A stretch of DNA of 64,000 nt from Methylococcales bacterium (GCA_040079795.1 JBEBJQ010000005.1:28977-92976), one strand, 5' to 3'; positions 28,852-41,400 are shown, numbered from the stretch's first letter. Notes: generated from the sequence alone by a model not told the origin. Numbers and translations are program-made.

Positions 28852-29063
28852 AGGTTTAAGGTTTGATTCATTGAATTGAGATTTAATAGGATGATCATCT
28901 CATGTTACTTACAACTAAACGACTTTTGTTTTAAAGCAACACAGAAAAACTCGGGTACTTAATCTCAAAAGCCACATATAAAACAATACACTGTATAATT
29001 TATAGGGAAATAAATACAAACTAAACAGGCGTTAAAGCACCACCCTATATTTAATAGGACTTA

Positions 29064-29564
29064 CTATTCTGGGACAGAAGTCAACCTTTTTTGGACTTGC
29101 GCAGTAACATCCAGTTGATCAGCAGCAAAAATCACCCCATCAGTTAACAATAAATCATAGCCATCATCTTTCGCTAAAGCGCGAATAACCTCAACAATTC
29201 GGCGTTGCAGCTTACCTAATTCTTCGTTACGACGCATATTAAAATCTTCACTGAACTCTTGTTGCGCACGTTTTGCTTCACGTTGTTTACCGGCTAAATC
29301 TTTTTCCAGATTACGCCGCTCAGACTCGCTCATGACTGCTGCGTCTTTTGCCATTTTTTCTTCCAAGCCCTGAATTTCTTTTTGTTGCGAAACCAGCGCT
29401 TTATCACGTGGAGAAAACTCTTTCTCCAAGCGTTTTTTTGCACTTTCCGCTTGTGGGGCTTTTTCCAATACTTTTGGAACATTTACAAAGCCGATTTTAA
29501 GTTCAGCAGCACAAATATTAGCTACAACCATTAATCCAAAAAATAATACTATTCTCTTTTTCAT
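29064..29564 (-). CDS. skp: periplasmic chaperone Skp (OmpH)
   Basis: 166 aa with a signal peptide and a K/E/Q-rich coiled-coil, directly downstream of bamA. Confidence 0.85.
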   Translation of the reverse strand: MKKRIVLFFGLMVVANICAAELKIGFVNVPKVLEKAPQAESAKKRLEKEFSPRDKALVSQQKEIQGLEEKMAKDAAVMSESERRNLEKDLAGKQREAKRAQQEFSEDFNMRRNEELGKLQRRIVEVIRALAKDDGYDLLLTDGVIFAADQLDVTAQVQKRLTSVPE

Positions 29565-29793
29565 TGTTAAATCAATTTACTCTTAAAAATAACGTACTGA
29601 GGTACGGTGCCTTTCCTGTCTTAAAATCACCCTTATGAAATCAAGCAGGCATAAATTTCCCCGGCTACAACCAGATTCATTCTGATTTACAGCGTCCGTC
29701 GTTACCAACAGACTTAAACGGGTTAAGCCTTATCCAGCGTTGCTTGGCAGCGGCTAACTGTTACAGTCGTAATAGGGTTGCGGATGATCAAAA

Positions 29794-32190
29794 CTAAAAA
29801 TTTTGTCCAAATGAAAATTGGAATAATCTATCGTTATCTTTAACTTGTTGATCTATGCCACTACTGTCTTTGTAAGCCACTTCTTTCTTGTTAATAGGAT
29901 ACGCGACGCTCACTGCCAAGGCACCGAACGGTGAAAGCCATTCGCCGGAAAGGCCCGCCGAATAACGCATATATCTGCTGGCATCATTAAAATCTACACC
30001 TTCAAACACTGAACCCGCATCCAAAAAAGCGCCTAAACGCACAGATTTAAGATCTTCAACAAATGGTACAGGAAAAAATAATTCAGCGTTACCAACCACT
30101 TTACTGGAAGCGCCTATTGGATTACCCGTCGAATCTCTAGGGCCTAAAGTATTGTCGTTATATCCACGTACCGACCGAACACCACCGTTAAAGTAGTTTT
30201 CGAAAAACGGTAAAGTACTGCCACCTCGCTGCTTATCATAGCTGTCACCGTAAGCTATTTCACCACGCAGCCTAAAAGTAAGATCCTTGGCTATAGAAAA
30301 GTAATGTTGATGATTGTAATCGACTTTATAAAACAGCAAATCACTTCCCGGTATGGTTGACAAGGCAGAAAAACGTTGCTGACCACCTTGAGTCGGCATG
30401 ATCATACGATTTAAGGTATCGTGTGTCCAACCTAAACCTGCCGAAAAGGTTAAGTAATCCTCTTTACTTCTACAGTCTACAGGAAGCCTTGGATCTTTGT
30501 TAAGATCGTTGACACAAGTCTGGTTGTCATCATTGATGAATCGGGTAATCTCAGCGGAAGAATTATCCGTAGACTTTAGCTTGGTGTTTTTAATATCCAA
30601 ATTGAAACGCAAGCGATCAAATTCATTCAATGGAATACCAAAATTAACGCCTGCAAAAGCAACGTCGGTATTATAGCGCGCAATGTTCGCTTGTCCCGCG
30701 TTCCGGGTTCTGTAGCCCAAGTCATAGCCGACACTGATGCCGTCTGGCGTAAAATAAGGATTTAAAAAGCCCAGGCTATATTCAGTTGAAATATTGCTAT
30801 TATTAAAAGCGAGATTAACCCGCTTGCCTGATCCAAAAATATTATCTTGTGACACGTTGGCATTAAATACGATGCCTTGGGTTTGTGAAAAACCAACGCC
30901 CGCCATGATATTACCCGAAGATTTTTCAGTCACGGAATAGTTCACGTCAATCTGGTCAGCAGCACCTACAACCGGCGGGGTTTCAACGTTAACGCTCTCA
31001 AAGTAGCCCAAACGTTCCAGACGGGTTTTTGAACGCTCAATTTGCGAGGTGGATGCCCAGCTGGACTCCATTTGCCGCATTTCGCGGCGTAATACCTCAT
31101 CCCGCGTTTTGGTATTGCCCATCATATTCACACGGCGAACATACACTCGTTTACCTGGATCCACAAAAAAAGTCATGTCCACGGTTTTATGGTTAACATT
31201 AATATCCGGCACCATATTCACGTTGGCAAAGGCATAGCCTTCATCCCCTAAACGGTCAGAAATAGCTTTAGAAGTTTCTGTTGCACTTTTACGGGAGAAT
31301 ATTTCGCCAGGACCTATCTTGACCAATTTAACCAATTCTTCAGGTTTAACAATCAAATTACCCGCGACTTTAACTTTGTCGAGTACAAACAAATCACCTT
31401 CTTTAATGTTAATGGTGACATATATGCCTTTCTTGTCTGGAGTAATAGCCACTTGCGTAGAGTCAATCGAAAAATTAATATAGCCACGGTCTAAGTAGTA
31501 AGACCGTAATTTTTCAAGGTCAGCTGCAAGCTTTTGCTTGGCATACTGGTCATTTTTGGTATAAAAAGACAATAAATTTGAGGTGCTTAATTCAAACTCG
31601 GACAATAATTTACTGGTTTCGAAAGCCGTATTGCCAACAATATTAATTTGCTGGATTTTAGCAGCTTGGCCTTCAGATATATTGATTTGGATGCTTACCC
31701 GGTTCCGCTCGGCATTTGTAACATCGGTGGTGATTTTTAAACCATATTTACCGTGACTGTAATACTGGCGCCTTAATTCCTGCTCAACTTTATCTAACAC
31801 CTGGCGGTTAAAAACCTGCCCTTCTGTGAGGCCGATTTTTTTTAAGGCTTTACCTAAATCTTCTTTACTCAGATCTTTATTACCTTCAAAGACAATTTTA
31901 GCGATTGTTGGACGTTCAACAACATTCACAATCAATGTCGACCCTTCATGTTTTAAAGCGACATCTTTAAAAAATCCGGTCTTAAATAAAGCCCTGATGG
32001 CTGGCGCAACATCTGCATCCGAAAACTTTTCGCCAACATGAACCGGCAAAGAATCATACACAGCCCCTACAGTAATCCTTTGCAGACCATTAACTTTAAT
32101 TTCGCTTACAGTAAAATCACCCGCACTGTTTGCAGCGGGAGAAGCCAGTATGGATATGACTAGCAGTGACGGTATAAAAGGTGATTTCAT
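29794..32190 (-). CDS. bamA: outer-membrane protein assembly factor BamA
   Basis: 798 aa with a signal peptide, POTRA repeats (IKVNGLQRI..., IVFEGN...) and a C-terminal beta-barrel ending ..FQFSFGQNF. Confidence 0.95.
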   Translation of the reverse strand: MKSPFIPSLLVISILASPAANSAGDFTVSEIKVNGLQRITVGAVYDSLPVHVGEKFSDADVAPAIRALFKTGFFKDVALKHEGSTLIVNVVERPTIAKIVFEGNKDLSKEDLGKALKKIGLTEGQVFNRQVLDKVEQELRRQYYSHGKYGLKITTDVTNAERNRVSIQINISEGQAAKIQQINIVGNTAFETSKLLSEFELSTSNLLSFYTKNDQYAKQKLAADLEKLRSYYLDRGYINFSIDSTQVAITPDKKGIYVTINIKEGDLFVLDKVKVAGNLIVKPEELVKLVKIGPGEIFSRKSATETSKAISDRLGDEGYAFANVNMVPDINVNHKTVDMTFFVDPGKRVYVRRVNMMGNTKTRDEVLRREMRQMESSWASTSQIERSKTRLERLGYFESVNVETPPVVGAADQIDVNYSVTEKSSGNIMAGVGFSQTQGIVFNANVSQDNIFGSGKRVNLAFNNSNISTEYSLGFLNPYFTPDGISVGYDLGYRTRNAGQANIARYNTDVAFAGVNFGIPLNEFDRLRFNLDIKNTKLKSTDNSSAEITRFINDDNQTCVNDLNKDPRLPVDCRSKEDYLTFSAGLGWTHDTLNRMIMPTQGGQQRFSALSTIPGSDLLFYKVDYNHQHYFSIAKDLTFRLRGEIAYGDSYDKQRGGSTLPFFENYFNGGVRSVRGYNDNTLGPRDSTGNPIGASSKVVGNAELFFPVPFVEDLKSVRLGAFLDAGSVFEGVDFNDASRYMRYSAGLSGEWLSPFGALAVSVAYPINKKEVAYKDSSGIDQQVKDNDRLFQFSFGQNF

Positions 32191-32277
32191 GAATTAATTA
32201 ATCTCTAACAACAATGCGTTAATTCTTTGGATTGTAACATATTCTATTGAGCGTCGGGCAGCCACATTAAAACAGAT

Positions 32278-33273
32278 TTAAACCCTATATCGGGAGAAGC
32301 TCAGCACATGCTCAATCGACTCATTTCCAGAGAGCAACATTAACACGCGGTCTAACCCGATTGCAATACCTGCACAGTCGGGTAAACCAGACTGTAAAGC
32401 CGCTAAAAATTTTAAATCTTTTGCAACTGATGGTAGTTTTTTTTGCCGACGCAGCGCTTGCTCATTTTCAAAGCGCTGCTCCTGCTCATCAGCATCGTTT
32501 AACTCAAAAAAACCATTACCCAATTCAATCCCGTGCATAAATAACTCAACACGCTCCGCAATCCGCGAATCCTGCTGATTCAATCTGGCTAAAGACGCCT
32601 GGCAAGCCGGATAAGCGTAGACCATTTCTAAATGGTTCGACCCTAAATGAGGCTGCACTTGCAAACTAAATAAAAAATCCAGCCAAAGACTATGCTCATG
32701 TCCGCAAATCCTGACGGCATCGGTTAAATTTTGCGCCAGCGCATATGTAGAATACGCCTCAAAATCAAAACAAAGCGCATCCAGACCGGTATAACGCTTA
32801 AAAACCTCACTGTAGGTATTTTTTTGGGTAGGCCTTAGTGGCTGGTAAGTTGCAAACCAACAACCAAATAACTGCGCCACTTCTTCCATTAATTGCGACA
32901 AATCAAAACCGATCCGATACCACTCCAATAGCGTAAATTCAGCATTATGAAAACGTCCAGCTTCACCATTGCGGAAAGCTTTACAAATCTGAAAAATACT
33001 CCCACTACCCGCCGCCAACAAACGTTTCATCGCAAATTCAGGGGACGTTTGCAAAAATAACGTCTGTTGTTCCTTTCCAAATTGGTAGTGGGTCTCAAAA
33101 AAAGCCAACTGCGGATCAGTTCCGGTAGCTGGTGCTAATACAGGCGTTTCAACTTCCAGCACCGAACGTGATGCAAAAAACGCCCGGGTCGCCGCCAACA
33201 GTTGAGCCCGTAAACGCAAATCGGCAATATTGCAGGTTGGTCGCCAGGTAATTTCAGCGCCAGATGTTTGCAA
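32278..33273 (-). CDS. epmA: EF-P lysine34 beta-lysyl ligase (PoxA/GenX)
   Basis: Class II LysRS-like core (FRNGEAGRFHNAEFTLLEWY, GIAIGLDRVLML). I chose the TTG at 33273 so the gene does not overlap efp. Confidence 0.85.
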   Translation of the reverse strand: MQTSGAEITWRPTCNIADLRLRAQLLAATRAFFASRSVLEVETPVLAPATGTDPQLAFFETHYQFGKEQQTLFLQTSPEFAMKRLLAAGSGSIFQICKAFRNGEAGRFHNAEFTLLEWYRIGFDLSQLMEEVAQLFGCWFATYQPLRPTQKNTYSEVFKRYTGLDALCFDFEAYSTYALAQNLTDAVRICGHEHSLWLDFLFSLQVQPHLGSNHLEMVYAYPACQASLARLNQQDSRIAERVELFMHGIELGNGFFELNDADEQEQRFENEQALRRQKKLPSVAKDLKFLAALQSGLPDCAGIAIGLDRVLMLLSGNESIEHVLSFSRYRV

Positions 33274-33280
33274 AACTGAG

Positions 33281-33850
33281 TTATTCTTTAAAACGGGAAA
33301 CATATTCACCGGTACGCGTATCCACTTTAATGATCTCACCGGTTTGTACAAATAAGGGGACGCGGACTACCGCACCTGACTCAAGTTTGGCGGGTTTTCC
33401 ACCACCACCCGAGGTATCGCCGCGCACCCCAGGATCAGTTTCCGTAATGGTTAAAACCACAAAATTTGGTGGGGTAACCGCCAAGGGGGCATCGTTCCAT
33501 AATGTAACAATACAAATATCCTGCTCTTTCAGCCAAATTCGAACATCGCCTACGGTTTTATCATCAATTTGGTATTGTTCGTAAGTCTCCGGCACCATAA
33601 AATGGCGATACTCACCATCGTTATACAAATATTGCATTTCAACGTCTGCAACATCCGCACCCTCCAAGCTTTCGCCGGATTTAAAGGTTCGTTCAATGAC
33701 CCGTCCGGTTTTTAAATTTCTGATTTTGACCCGATTAAAGGCTTGGCCTTTACCCGGCTTAACAAATTCATTTTCGATGATTGCGCAAGGATCATTATCC
33801 AGCATGATCTTTAATCCAGCCTTAAACTCATTGGTACTATAAATAGCCAT
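33281..33850 (-). CDS. efp: elongation factor P
   Basis: [38 protein letters not shown]..., 189 aa. Confidence 0.96.
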   Translation of the reverse strand: MAIYSTNEFKAGLKIMLDNDPCAIIENEFVKPGKGQAFNRVKIRNLKTGRVIERTFKSGESLEGADVADVEMQYLYNDGEYRHFMVPETYEQYQIDDKTVGDVRIWLKEQDICIVTLWNDAPLAVTPPNFVVLTITETDPGVRGDTSGGGGKPAKLESGAVVRVPLFVQTGEIIKVDTRTGEYVSRFKE

Positions 33851-33976
33851 CTTTTCCCCGTGACAACAAACTTGAATGTAAAAATGACGGCATTATAAAG
33901 GACACCTGAATTGATAGGAACAAAATTACGCGCAGGCTACCTAAAAAATGAAATGCAGAGCTCTGAATGGAGTGCT

Positions 33977-34591
33977 TCAGCAACAACCAAAATGTTGATT
34001 ATAATCCTCCATAGAGCACCGGATGACTTCATGCGCTTCTTCACGGCCATAAACATGGGTAATTTCGCAAATACTTTGCTCACTGGGCAGATGTTTATAA
34101 GTAAGGAAATAATGTTTTAAACGATTAATATAGGACTCAGGGCAGTTGGAGACATCATTCCATTGCCGATAAAATTCATCGCCTTTCATTACTGCAATAA
34201 TTTTATCATCCGCCTCCCCCCCATCCAGCAAACGGAACCCCCCGATAGGAATGGCCTGCAGCAAAATATCGCCATGCGTCACGCTCCGTTCACTCAGGAC
34301 ACAAATATCCAAAGGGTCACCATCACCACACACCACCTCCTTGCCGGATTTTAAGGCCGCGTATTCCGCGACTTTTTCCGCACAATAAGTACGTGGTATA
34401 AAACCATAAAGCGTTGGGATCATATTAGAAAATTTTTGTGGACGGTCTATTTTAAGATAACCGCTTTCCTTATCAATTTCGTATTTAACGGTATCAGAAG
34501 GAACAATTTCAATAAAGGCGGTGACGACAGTTGGTGTATCGTCCCCCGGATGAATGCCATGCCAAGGGTGTGCTTTGTGCTGTATGTGCAT
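33977..34591 (-). CDS. ppa: inorganic pyrophosphatase (family I, long variant)
   Basis: Family I PPase-like pattern: HPWHGI...AFIEIVPSDTVKYEIDKESG...DGDPLDICVL...ADDKIIAV. Confidence 0.75.
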   Translation of the reverse strand: MHIQHKAHPWHGIHPGDDTPTVVTAFIEIVPSDTVKYEIDKESGYLKIDRPQKFSNMIPTLYGFIPRTYCAEKVAEYAALKSGKEVVCGDGDPLDICVLSERSVTHGDILLQAIPIGGFRLLDGGEADDKIIAVMKGDEFYRQWNDVSNCPESYINRLKHYFLTYKHLPSEQSICEITHVYGREEAHEVIRCSMEDYNQHFGCC

Positions 34592-34646
34592 AGTTAATAA
34601 TCTAAATTTAATTGTTTAACAAAAACGTGTAAGGTAACAAGGTGAT

Positions 34647-35093
34647 TCAATGGTCGTCCCGTTTAAACTCCCCTTCTAAGACATCCGGCTCAGTTTTTGA
34701 GGATGATTGGAACGGACTGCCCGCTACATTAAACAAATGATTTTCCAATATATAGCGCGCAAATTTTTGCCGTACAGCCGGAATCATGCACGCAAAACCC
34801 AATGCGTCCGTAAAAAAACCGGGGGTGATGAGTAATACCCCGCCCAGCAATAATAATAACCCTTCAATAAGTTCATACGCAGGCATGACGCCCTGTGCGA
34901 GATTGGATTGCAGTCGCTGCCAGGTTGCAAAGCCCTGTTGCCGCAACAAACTCGCCCCGATTACTGCCGTCAACATCACCAGGACAATGGTTGGGAATAC
35001 CCCAATAATTCCGCCAACTTGGATGAGCAAGTACATCTCGATAAAGGGCACTGCTACAAAAATACCCAGTATAATTTTTTGAACCGACTTCAT
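34647..35093 (-). CDS. fxsA: FxsA family membrane protein
   Basis: 148 aa; FIEMYLLIQVGGIIG...LLITPGFFTDALGFACMIP. Confidence 0.8.
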   Translation of the reverse strand: MKSVQKIILGIFVAVPFIEMYLLIQVGGIIGVFPTIVLVMLTAVIGASLLRQQGFATWQRLQSNLAQGVMPAYELIEGLLLLLGGVLLITPGFFTDALGFACMIPAVRQKFARYILENHLFNVAGSPFQSSSKTEPDVLEGEFKRDDH

Positions 35094-35194
35094 TGCCGCA
35101 CCTTAAGTTTTATGAATATTAGGCAGGATAATAAAGACATCACAACAGAATATCTAGCATAATATTAATCAGCCTAACATAATCATAAATCCTC

Positions 35195-36601
35195 ATGAAC
35201 CAAACTAAAGCATTCACAGATTTTTTGGAAAACAATGCTGACTGGCTGACACAGTTTGACAGCACACAGCTACTCTTAAATCTCTTGGCGCTTTGTGAGA
35301 AAGTAGGGCTTTATATCTTAAATAAAGAACAACAAGTGCTTTATTGGAGTAAAACAGCTGAGCAATTAACCGGTTTCAAGCAAACAGATGTAGTAGGCAA
35401 AATCTGTCCAGCAGAATTTATTATCACCGATACCTCCGGCAATACTCTAACTGAACTGCACTTAGACCACGTAGACAATAACGGCAGCAACCAGGCTACT
35501 AAGTTACCTGTCAAAAAAATCACCCAGGCGCTATATACCTCACCGAAAACAAATGAACAATTTGCGGGTGGCTGGGGCTTGTTACTTACGGGATCAATTC
35601 AAACCCAAGCAACAATACCCGCTATATCATCAACAGATTCACGGCAAAATTTTCAAGGTATCATCAGCCGTTCACCTGCAATGCAAGATGTGTTTCAGAT
35701 CATAAAAAACGCTGCCGAAACCGCCGCAACGGTATTGGTTCGAGGCGAAAGCGGCGCCGGTAAGGAATTGGTCGCCAGAGCCATTCATGACCTCAGCATC
35801 AGAAGCAATGCCCCTTTTCTGGCCATCAACTGCGCGGCTTTATCCAGCAACTTGTTAGAAAGTGAGTTATTTGGGCATGTGCGCGGGGCGTTTACCGGCG
35901 CCATTAAAGATCACAGTGGTTTGTTTCAACGCGCCCAGGGCGGAACCTTATTTTTGGATGAAGTGGCGGAATTACCACTGGAACTGCAAGCCAAGTTGCT
36001 CAGGGTTATCCAGGAGCGCAACTATATTCCGGTTGGCGGCGATCATGAACTGAATACCGACGTACGCATCGTCGCGGCTACGCACCGCTCTTTACGGGAA
36101 GAGGTGAAAAACGGCCGGTTTCGGGAAGATTTGATGTACCGCTTAAGGGTAGTCCCTATTTTTATTCCGCCTTTACGTGACCGGCGGGAAGATATTAACC
36201 TATTAATCTGGCATTTTATTCAACTGCATAACAGCGACAATTTTAGAAAAATTGAAAAAATTGAACCGCAAGCCATGCGGGCGTTATTGGATTACCAATG
36301 GCCCGGTAATGTCAGGGAGCTGCATAACGTCGTTGAGTATGCCTTCGCGGTCGGGCGCGGCAGCACCTTACGTTTTACCGAATTGCCCCCTGAATTTAGG
36401 GAGCCGCAAATGGATCAGCCTTTACCACAGCAAATGCCAGGCGCACTTCCCAAATCCGCTGCACCCTTAACTGCTGAGCAGGAAATAGCTGCTATCCGGC
36501 AGGCATTACTCCAGAATAACGGCTCGATAACACCGGCGGCCCACTCAATAGGGATGAGCAGAGCCACTTTTTGGCGTAAGCGCAAGTTATACGGGTTATA
36601 A
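35195..36601 (+). CDS. sigma-54-dependent transcriptional activator (PAS-like N-domain, AAA+, Fis-type HTH)
   Basis: Walker A GESGAGKE, the GAFTGA motif ([11 protein letters not shown]), [16 protein letters not shown], and a C-terminal HTH ([17 protein letters not shown]). Confidence 0.9.
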   Translation: MNQTKAFTDFLENNADWLTQFDSTQLLLNLLALCEKVGLYILNKEQQVLYWSKTAEQLTGFKQTDVVGKICPAEFIITDTSGNTLTELHLDHVDNNGSNQATKLPVKKITQALYTSPKTNEQFAGGWGLLLTGSIQTQATIPAISSTDSRQNFQGIISRSPAMQDVFQIIKNAAETAATVLVRGESGAGKELVARAIHDLSIRSNAPFLAINCAALSSNLLESELFGHVRGAFTGAIKDHSGLFQRAQGGTLFLDEVAELPLELQAKLLRVIQERNYIPVGGDHELNTDVRIVAATHRSLREEVKNGRFREDLMYRLRVVPIFIPPLRDRREDINLLIWHFIQLHNSDNFRKIEKIEPQAMRALLDYQWPGNVRELHNVVEYAFAVGRGSTLRFTELPPEFREPQMDQPLPQQMPGALPKSAAPLTAEQEIAAIRQALLQNNGSITPAAHSIGMSRATFWRKRKLYGL

Positions 36602-36629
36602 GATCAACACATCAATCACATCATTAACA

Positions 36630-36668
36630 ATGCCGTTCGTCTCTTGATTAACTCAGGACGAACGGCAT
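36630..36668. terminator. hairpin between the convergent activator and PDO-rhodanese genes
   Basis: ATGCCGTTCGTC-15 nt-GACGAACGGCAT, a perfect 12-bp stem. Confidence 0.5.
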
Positions 36669-36686
36669 ATCTGCCTTTAAGAAAAG

Positions 36687-37823
36687 TTAACTACTTTTTT
36701 GCCAGGCTTCAAAGCCGCCAGCCATTGAAACAACATTGCTGTAACCCAACAATTGCATGGTTTGCGCCGCCATTGCAGAGCGTCCGCCAGTGCGGCAATA
36801 TAAAAGGATGGCTTGGGTTTTATCAGCCAACTCTGGAAAGTTGCCGATTTTAAACTCCAATACCCCACGCGGTAGTGCCAGCGCATTAGCTATATGTCCA
36901 GCGGCGTACTCACTTTCTTCGCGCACATCCACAACGGCCTTAATACGGCCTTCACTGATCAGCTTTTTGGTCGCTTCTACAGTGACTTCTGTAATCTGTT
37001 GTTTGGCAGCCATTACCATCTCCTGACCGGTGGTTACAGCCGGGGATGCTGACATTCCACAGCTAGCGGTTGCTGAAGTATGCCCCGTAGTTGTGCGGAC
37101 GGCCTCCCGCTGCACAATTGCATCCTGACGTTCATTTTCTTCCAAACCACAATAACGGTTAGCCGGCACCGCCTCATCAATCAAACGCGGCTTGGGTAAA
37201 TTCAGATTGTTCATAATCTCAATAAACTCGGCACGGGTTTTACCCGCCAAGCGCGGATTCGTGGTGCGTTCCTGGGCAATGCTGCTAACCCAGCGCTGTT
37301 GATAATCATGGCCTGGATACACCAGGGTTTCATCTGGCAGCGTAAATAAGCGTTGGGTAATGCCATCATATTGCGAACCGGCATCCCCCCCTTGAAAATC
37401 AGTACGTCCACAACCGCCAATCAATAACGCATCCCCGGTAAATACCCGGTCACGCCATAAAAATGAAATACTGCCCGGTGTATGTCCAGGTGTCGCAATG
37501 ACTTTAATGGTTTCCCCTTTCCCAAAAACAAATACATCACCATCCCGAATTTGCACATCTGCGGTGCTTGCGCCACACAGCTCGCTTACGCCGGTTTGCG
37601 CACCCAAACGTTGCCGTAGCAAGCCACTGGCAGTGATATGATCGGCATGCACATGGGTTTCCAGAGTATATTTCAGATGCAAACCATGTTCCCTGAGCAA
37701 GATCAGATAATCTTCGATATGAGTATTAACGGGATCAATAAAAACCGCTTCTTTGGTGATCGGATCGGCAATTAAATAGGTGTAAGTCCAGGTTTCTTGA
37801 TCAAATAATTGTTTAAATAGCAT
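36687..37823 (-). CDS. MBL-fold persulfide dioxygenase (ETHE1-like) fused to a rhodanese domain
   Basis: Metallo-beta-lactamase motif THVHADHITASG plus the ETHE1-like GHTPGS...GDALLIGGCGRTDF. C-terminal rhodanese with the active-site loop YCRTGGRS. Confidence 0.8.
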   Translation of the reverse strand: MLFKQLFDQETWTYTYLIADPITKEAVFIDPVNTHIEDYLILLREHGLHLKYTLETHVHADHITASGLLRQRLGAQTGVSELCGASTADVQIRDGDVFVFGKGETIKVIATPGHTPGSISFLWRDRVFTGDALLIGGCGRTDFQGGDAGSQYDGITQRLFTLPDETLVYPGHDYQQRWVSSIAQERTTNPRLAGKTRAEFIEIMNNLNLPKPRLIDEAVPANRYCGLEENERQDAIVQREAVRTTTGHTSATASCGMSASPAVTTGQEMVMAAKQQITEVTVEATKKLISEGRIKAVVDVREESEYAAGHIANALALPRGVLEFKIGNFPELADKTQAILLYCRTGGRSAMAAQTMQLLGYSNVVSMAGGFEAWQKSS

Positions 37824-37912
37824 AGTTTGCTCCAGTGGTTTTAGTTAATTTAAGTAAAGTGTATCAAAACGGTGCAGAATTTTTTATTATTGATAATCCC
37901 TATCAAATTCTA

Positions 37913-37928
37913 AGCAATGTCCATACCA
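37913..37928 (-). promoter_or_regulatory. sigma-54 (-24/-12) promoter for the PDO-rhodanese gene
   Basis: The minus strand reads TGGTATGGACATTGCT, against the consensus TGGCAC-N5-TTGCW. The GG-to-GC spacing is exact. It lies ~90 nt upstream of the ATG at 37823, and a sigma-54 activator is encoded next door. Confidence 0.65.
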
Positions 37929-38425
37929 AGTAACAATAATACCTATTACTGAAGGGGAATCTGATTAGTCATGCGCTTCAGCTAATCAGGAAAGAAAATT
38001 TAAACAGCAGTATTAAATAAGAAATTTAGTACTGACTACATCCATACTATAAGCTGTTTGACTTAAATGAGGGCTTATCCAATAGCCAATGAAAAGCAGC
38101 TGGATTGTTGCAAATAATGTTTCAATGAAACACATAAACAACTCATTGAAACATATGAAACACGAAGGATAAAGGTCATTATTAACCACCCCTTAGTCCT
38201 GCAGCTGGGTTTGATGTCGCACCAAGCTGTTAAATATCCCGCTGGAACAGGCCTTCGGGCGGGACTGTCAGGGGCAGTTTAAGTACTTTGGGGATTACTG
38301 TTTCAGTAACTGGCTAAGCTAAAGTGAATAGCAGGCATTTAGTCAGCGTAAAAATTTCTTAAAATCAGAAATTTGCGTTGAAGTGATCATCGCCAGCGTT
38401 ATATACGCTGGCGTAATTCCCCAGC

Positions 38426-41400
38426 CTAAAACCATTTACCGGGTGGATTCTTTAACAATGCGGTCATTTCTGCCGCCGGTAATGGTTTGGTGATCAGATA
38501 GCCTTGAATCTCATCACACAGGAGTTGTTGTAAAAGTGCAAAATGCGCCTGGGTTTCCACACCTTCTGCGACCACTTGCATATTCATGCTATGCGTCATG
38601 GAAATCATGGTATTGACTAGGCTTTTATCACTCTCCTCATCAATCATATTGGCAATAAAGGCGCGGTCTATTTTTATGGTATCAATGGGCAGTTTTTTTA
38701 AATAACTGAGCGATGAATATCCCGTTCCGAAATCATCAAGTGCGATTTTAATACCCCGGCAATGGATTCTATTTAAAGTGTTAATGGCAGCATCAATATC
38801 TTTTATTAAACTGGTTTCAGTAATTTCTATCTCTAAGTACCGGGGCGGTAATTCATACTCGTCTAATATATTTAAAATTTGTTGCGGCAAGTCTTTGTCG
38901 AGCAATTGTTGTGAAGAGACATTAATTGCAATTTTAATGTCTTTGATACCCCGTTTAATCCATTCTTTAGCTTGGGCGCAGGCTTCTCGAATAACCCAAT
39001 TGCCAATAGCGGTGATATATCCGCGTTGTTCTGCAAAATCGATAAAGGCAACAGGCTGTAAAAGCCCTTTGTGTGGATGTTTCCAACGAATGAGGGCTTC
39101 AACACCGCTAATTTTACCGGTTGCAAGCGTAATTTTGGGTTGATAATGCAACACCCATTCTTGATTGTCTATGGCCCGCCGAATATCAACTTCCAATTGC
39201 ATTTGGGTTTGCGATAACGCTTGCATATCCGAATTGTAATATTGAAAGTTATTAAGCCCGGGTAACTGCTTGGCGTACTGTTTGGCAGTTAAAGCGTTCT
39301 GGATCAGTTCATCAGGCGTATTGGCGTCATATGGATACAACCCAATGCCTAAATTACAGGTAATGAATATTTTTTGTTCATTAACTTCTATGGGCATCGA
39401 TAAGGTGTCAAAAATCCGTTTGATAATCCAGGTTGCTGACTGTTTGGACTTTAAATCAGATAATAAAATACCGAACTCATCTGCCCCGAAACGCGAAAGT
39501 AAAATATCATCGGCTTTACCATTTAATAGGGTTATTCCATCGGTATCACGCAACGCCCCAGCTAAACGGTCCGCCAGGCGTTTTAATAAAATATCACCGC
39601 CTGCACGGCCTAAAGAGGTATTCAGCTGATTAAACAGAGCGACATCAATGGTTAATACGGCCGCAATGTAGTCATAACGATGCCCTCGGGATATGGCTTG
39701 GGCAATGCGGTCATAAAAGAGCGAATGATTGGGTAAACCGGTTAAACCATCGTAATATTGGGATTGTTGTAATTCATAGGAAAAGGTAGAGGCAATGTTT
39801 TCCAAGGTTTTAATTTTAAGGTGCAGTCGATTAATTTCCGCTTGGGCTTCCAGTCCGCTGTTATGAAGGATTTGTTCTGAATGATGGGGAGGCAATTCAG
39901 GCTTAATCAATGCGGCAGGGGATTCGTGCGCCTCAATTTGCTGCTCATGCTCGGGGTTCCAACGAATGACCTGGTTACGTCCGGACTGTTTGGCAACATA
40001 CAAGGCGTTATCGGCCTGATCATTTAATTCAGCAGCGTCAACCGCATGATCAAAAATTGAAGCCACCCCCAAGCTGGCTTTTACATTGGGGCCGGGCGTG
40101 CCGTAAACTTTAATGGAGTCGTCGTGGAGCCGTAAACGAATACGTTCAGCCACCGAAATGGCCTCGTCGATTGAGAGGCCAGGCAGAACCACACAAAATT
40201 CCTCTCCGCCATAACGTCCGACCAAATCAATTTTACGGGTATTCGATTGTAAAATATCAGCAAACAGTTTAATGACATCGTCTCCGGTGCCATGGCCATA
40301 AACATCATTGACCCGTTTAAAATGGTCTATGTCAGCCATGATGCAGGATAGCTCAGCACCATTTTGTTTGGCTTTATTAAACTCAAGGTTAAAAGCTTTA
40401 TAAAATCCACGTCGGTTTAAACAGCCAGTCAAAGGATCCCGTGTCGCCAGATAATGCAGTTCTTTATTGCGCTCTTTAGCTTCTTTTTCCTTGATCGTTA
40501 ATTGGGTATTGATATCCGATAACAAAGCATTTTTTTCTTCCAGCTCAGTGATATCATCAAAGGTCACTAAAACACCTTGATATTCGTTTTTATCATTAAA
40601 AATTGTTGCGCTGTTAACGGCAAATTTAATGATTTTATCGGAAGGCAATTCTAGCTTTAAAAGTTTACTGTGGATTTCTTCGTTGTTCTGTTGGGTAATC
40701 GACCAGGGATATACCGGGTTTAGTTGTTCATCCAGATTAAATTTCCAGTTTAGTGATGAGGCTTTAGATCCTAACAACGATTGTGCGGATTTTCCGGTTT
40801 TTTCTGCAAAGGCTTTGTTAGCTAGTACAATTTGCTCGTCCTGATCCAGGATTAATACCCCTTCAGCTAAAGTATCAAAAGCAGAGCTGACCCTACCGGG
40901 AATAACCGCTGCTGGATCCAGTTGTTTAAGGGTTTTTAACATAAAAATAAAAAATGCAAAAAAACCGACGACGATTACAAAAAATATTAATTTATAAATA
41001 CTGCTATTGAGTAGCTTTGGAAAAACGTCGCTATCCAGGGGGGTAAATTTAATTTCAATTGTTCCCCACAGTTTGCCTTTTTCTAATAACGGTACAATTA
41101 AGTTGGTCGCCGTTGAGCGCTGTTCTTTATAATCACCCCACTCTTTGGCATGCTTACCGATTTCCAGGATAAGCGTTTGATCAATGCTCCTGACACCCGC
41201 AGACACAATCATCGGATTTCTTTTTACGATTTCTTTCAAGGTAACATTAATCGCATTTTTATTTAAACTCGCCAACGCGGTAAATTGAATGGCTAACGCT
41301 TCACTGATCGCTTGTCTAACCTTTAACTCCGTGTGGCGCTCACTGGGTGTAAAATCAAACAAATCCGCAGCTAACAGTAAGCTGGTCGTCAATAATACCA

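Noticed and set aside
33274-33351. An upstream extension of the epmA ORF overlaps the 3' end of efp
   Set aside because: The extension has no similarity to PoxA/GenX N-termini. The TTG at 33273 gives a ~331-aa product of the expected size without overlap.
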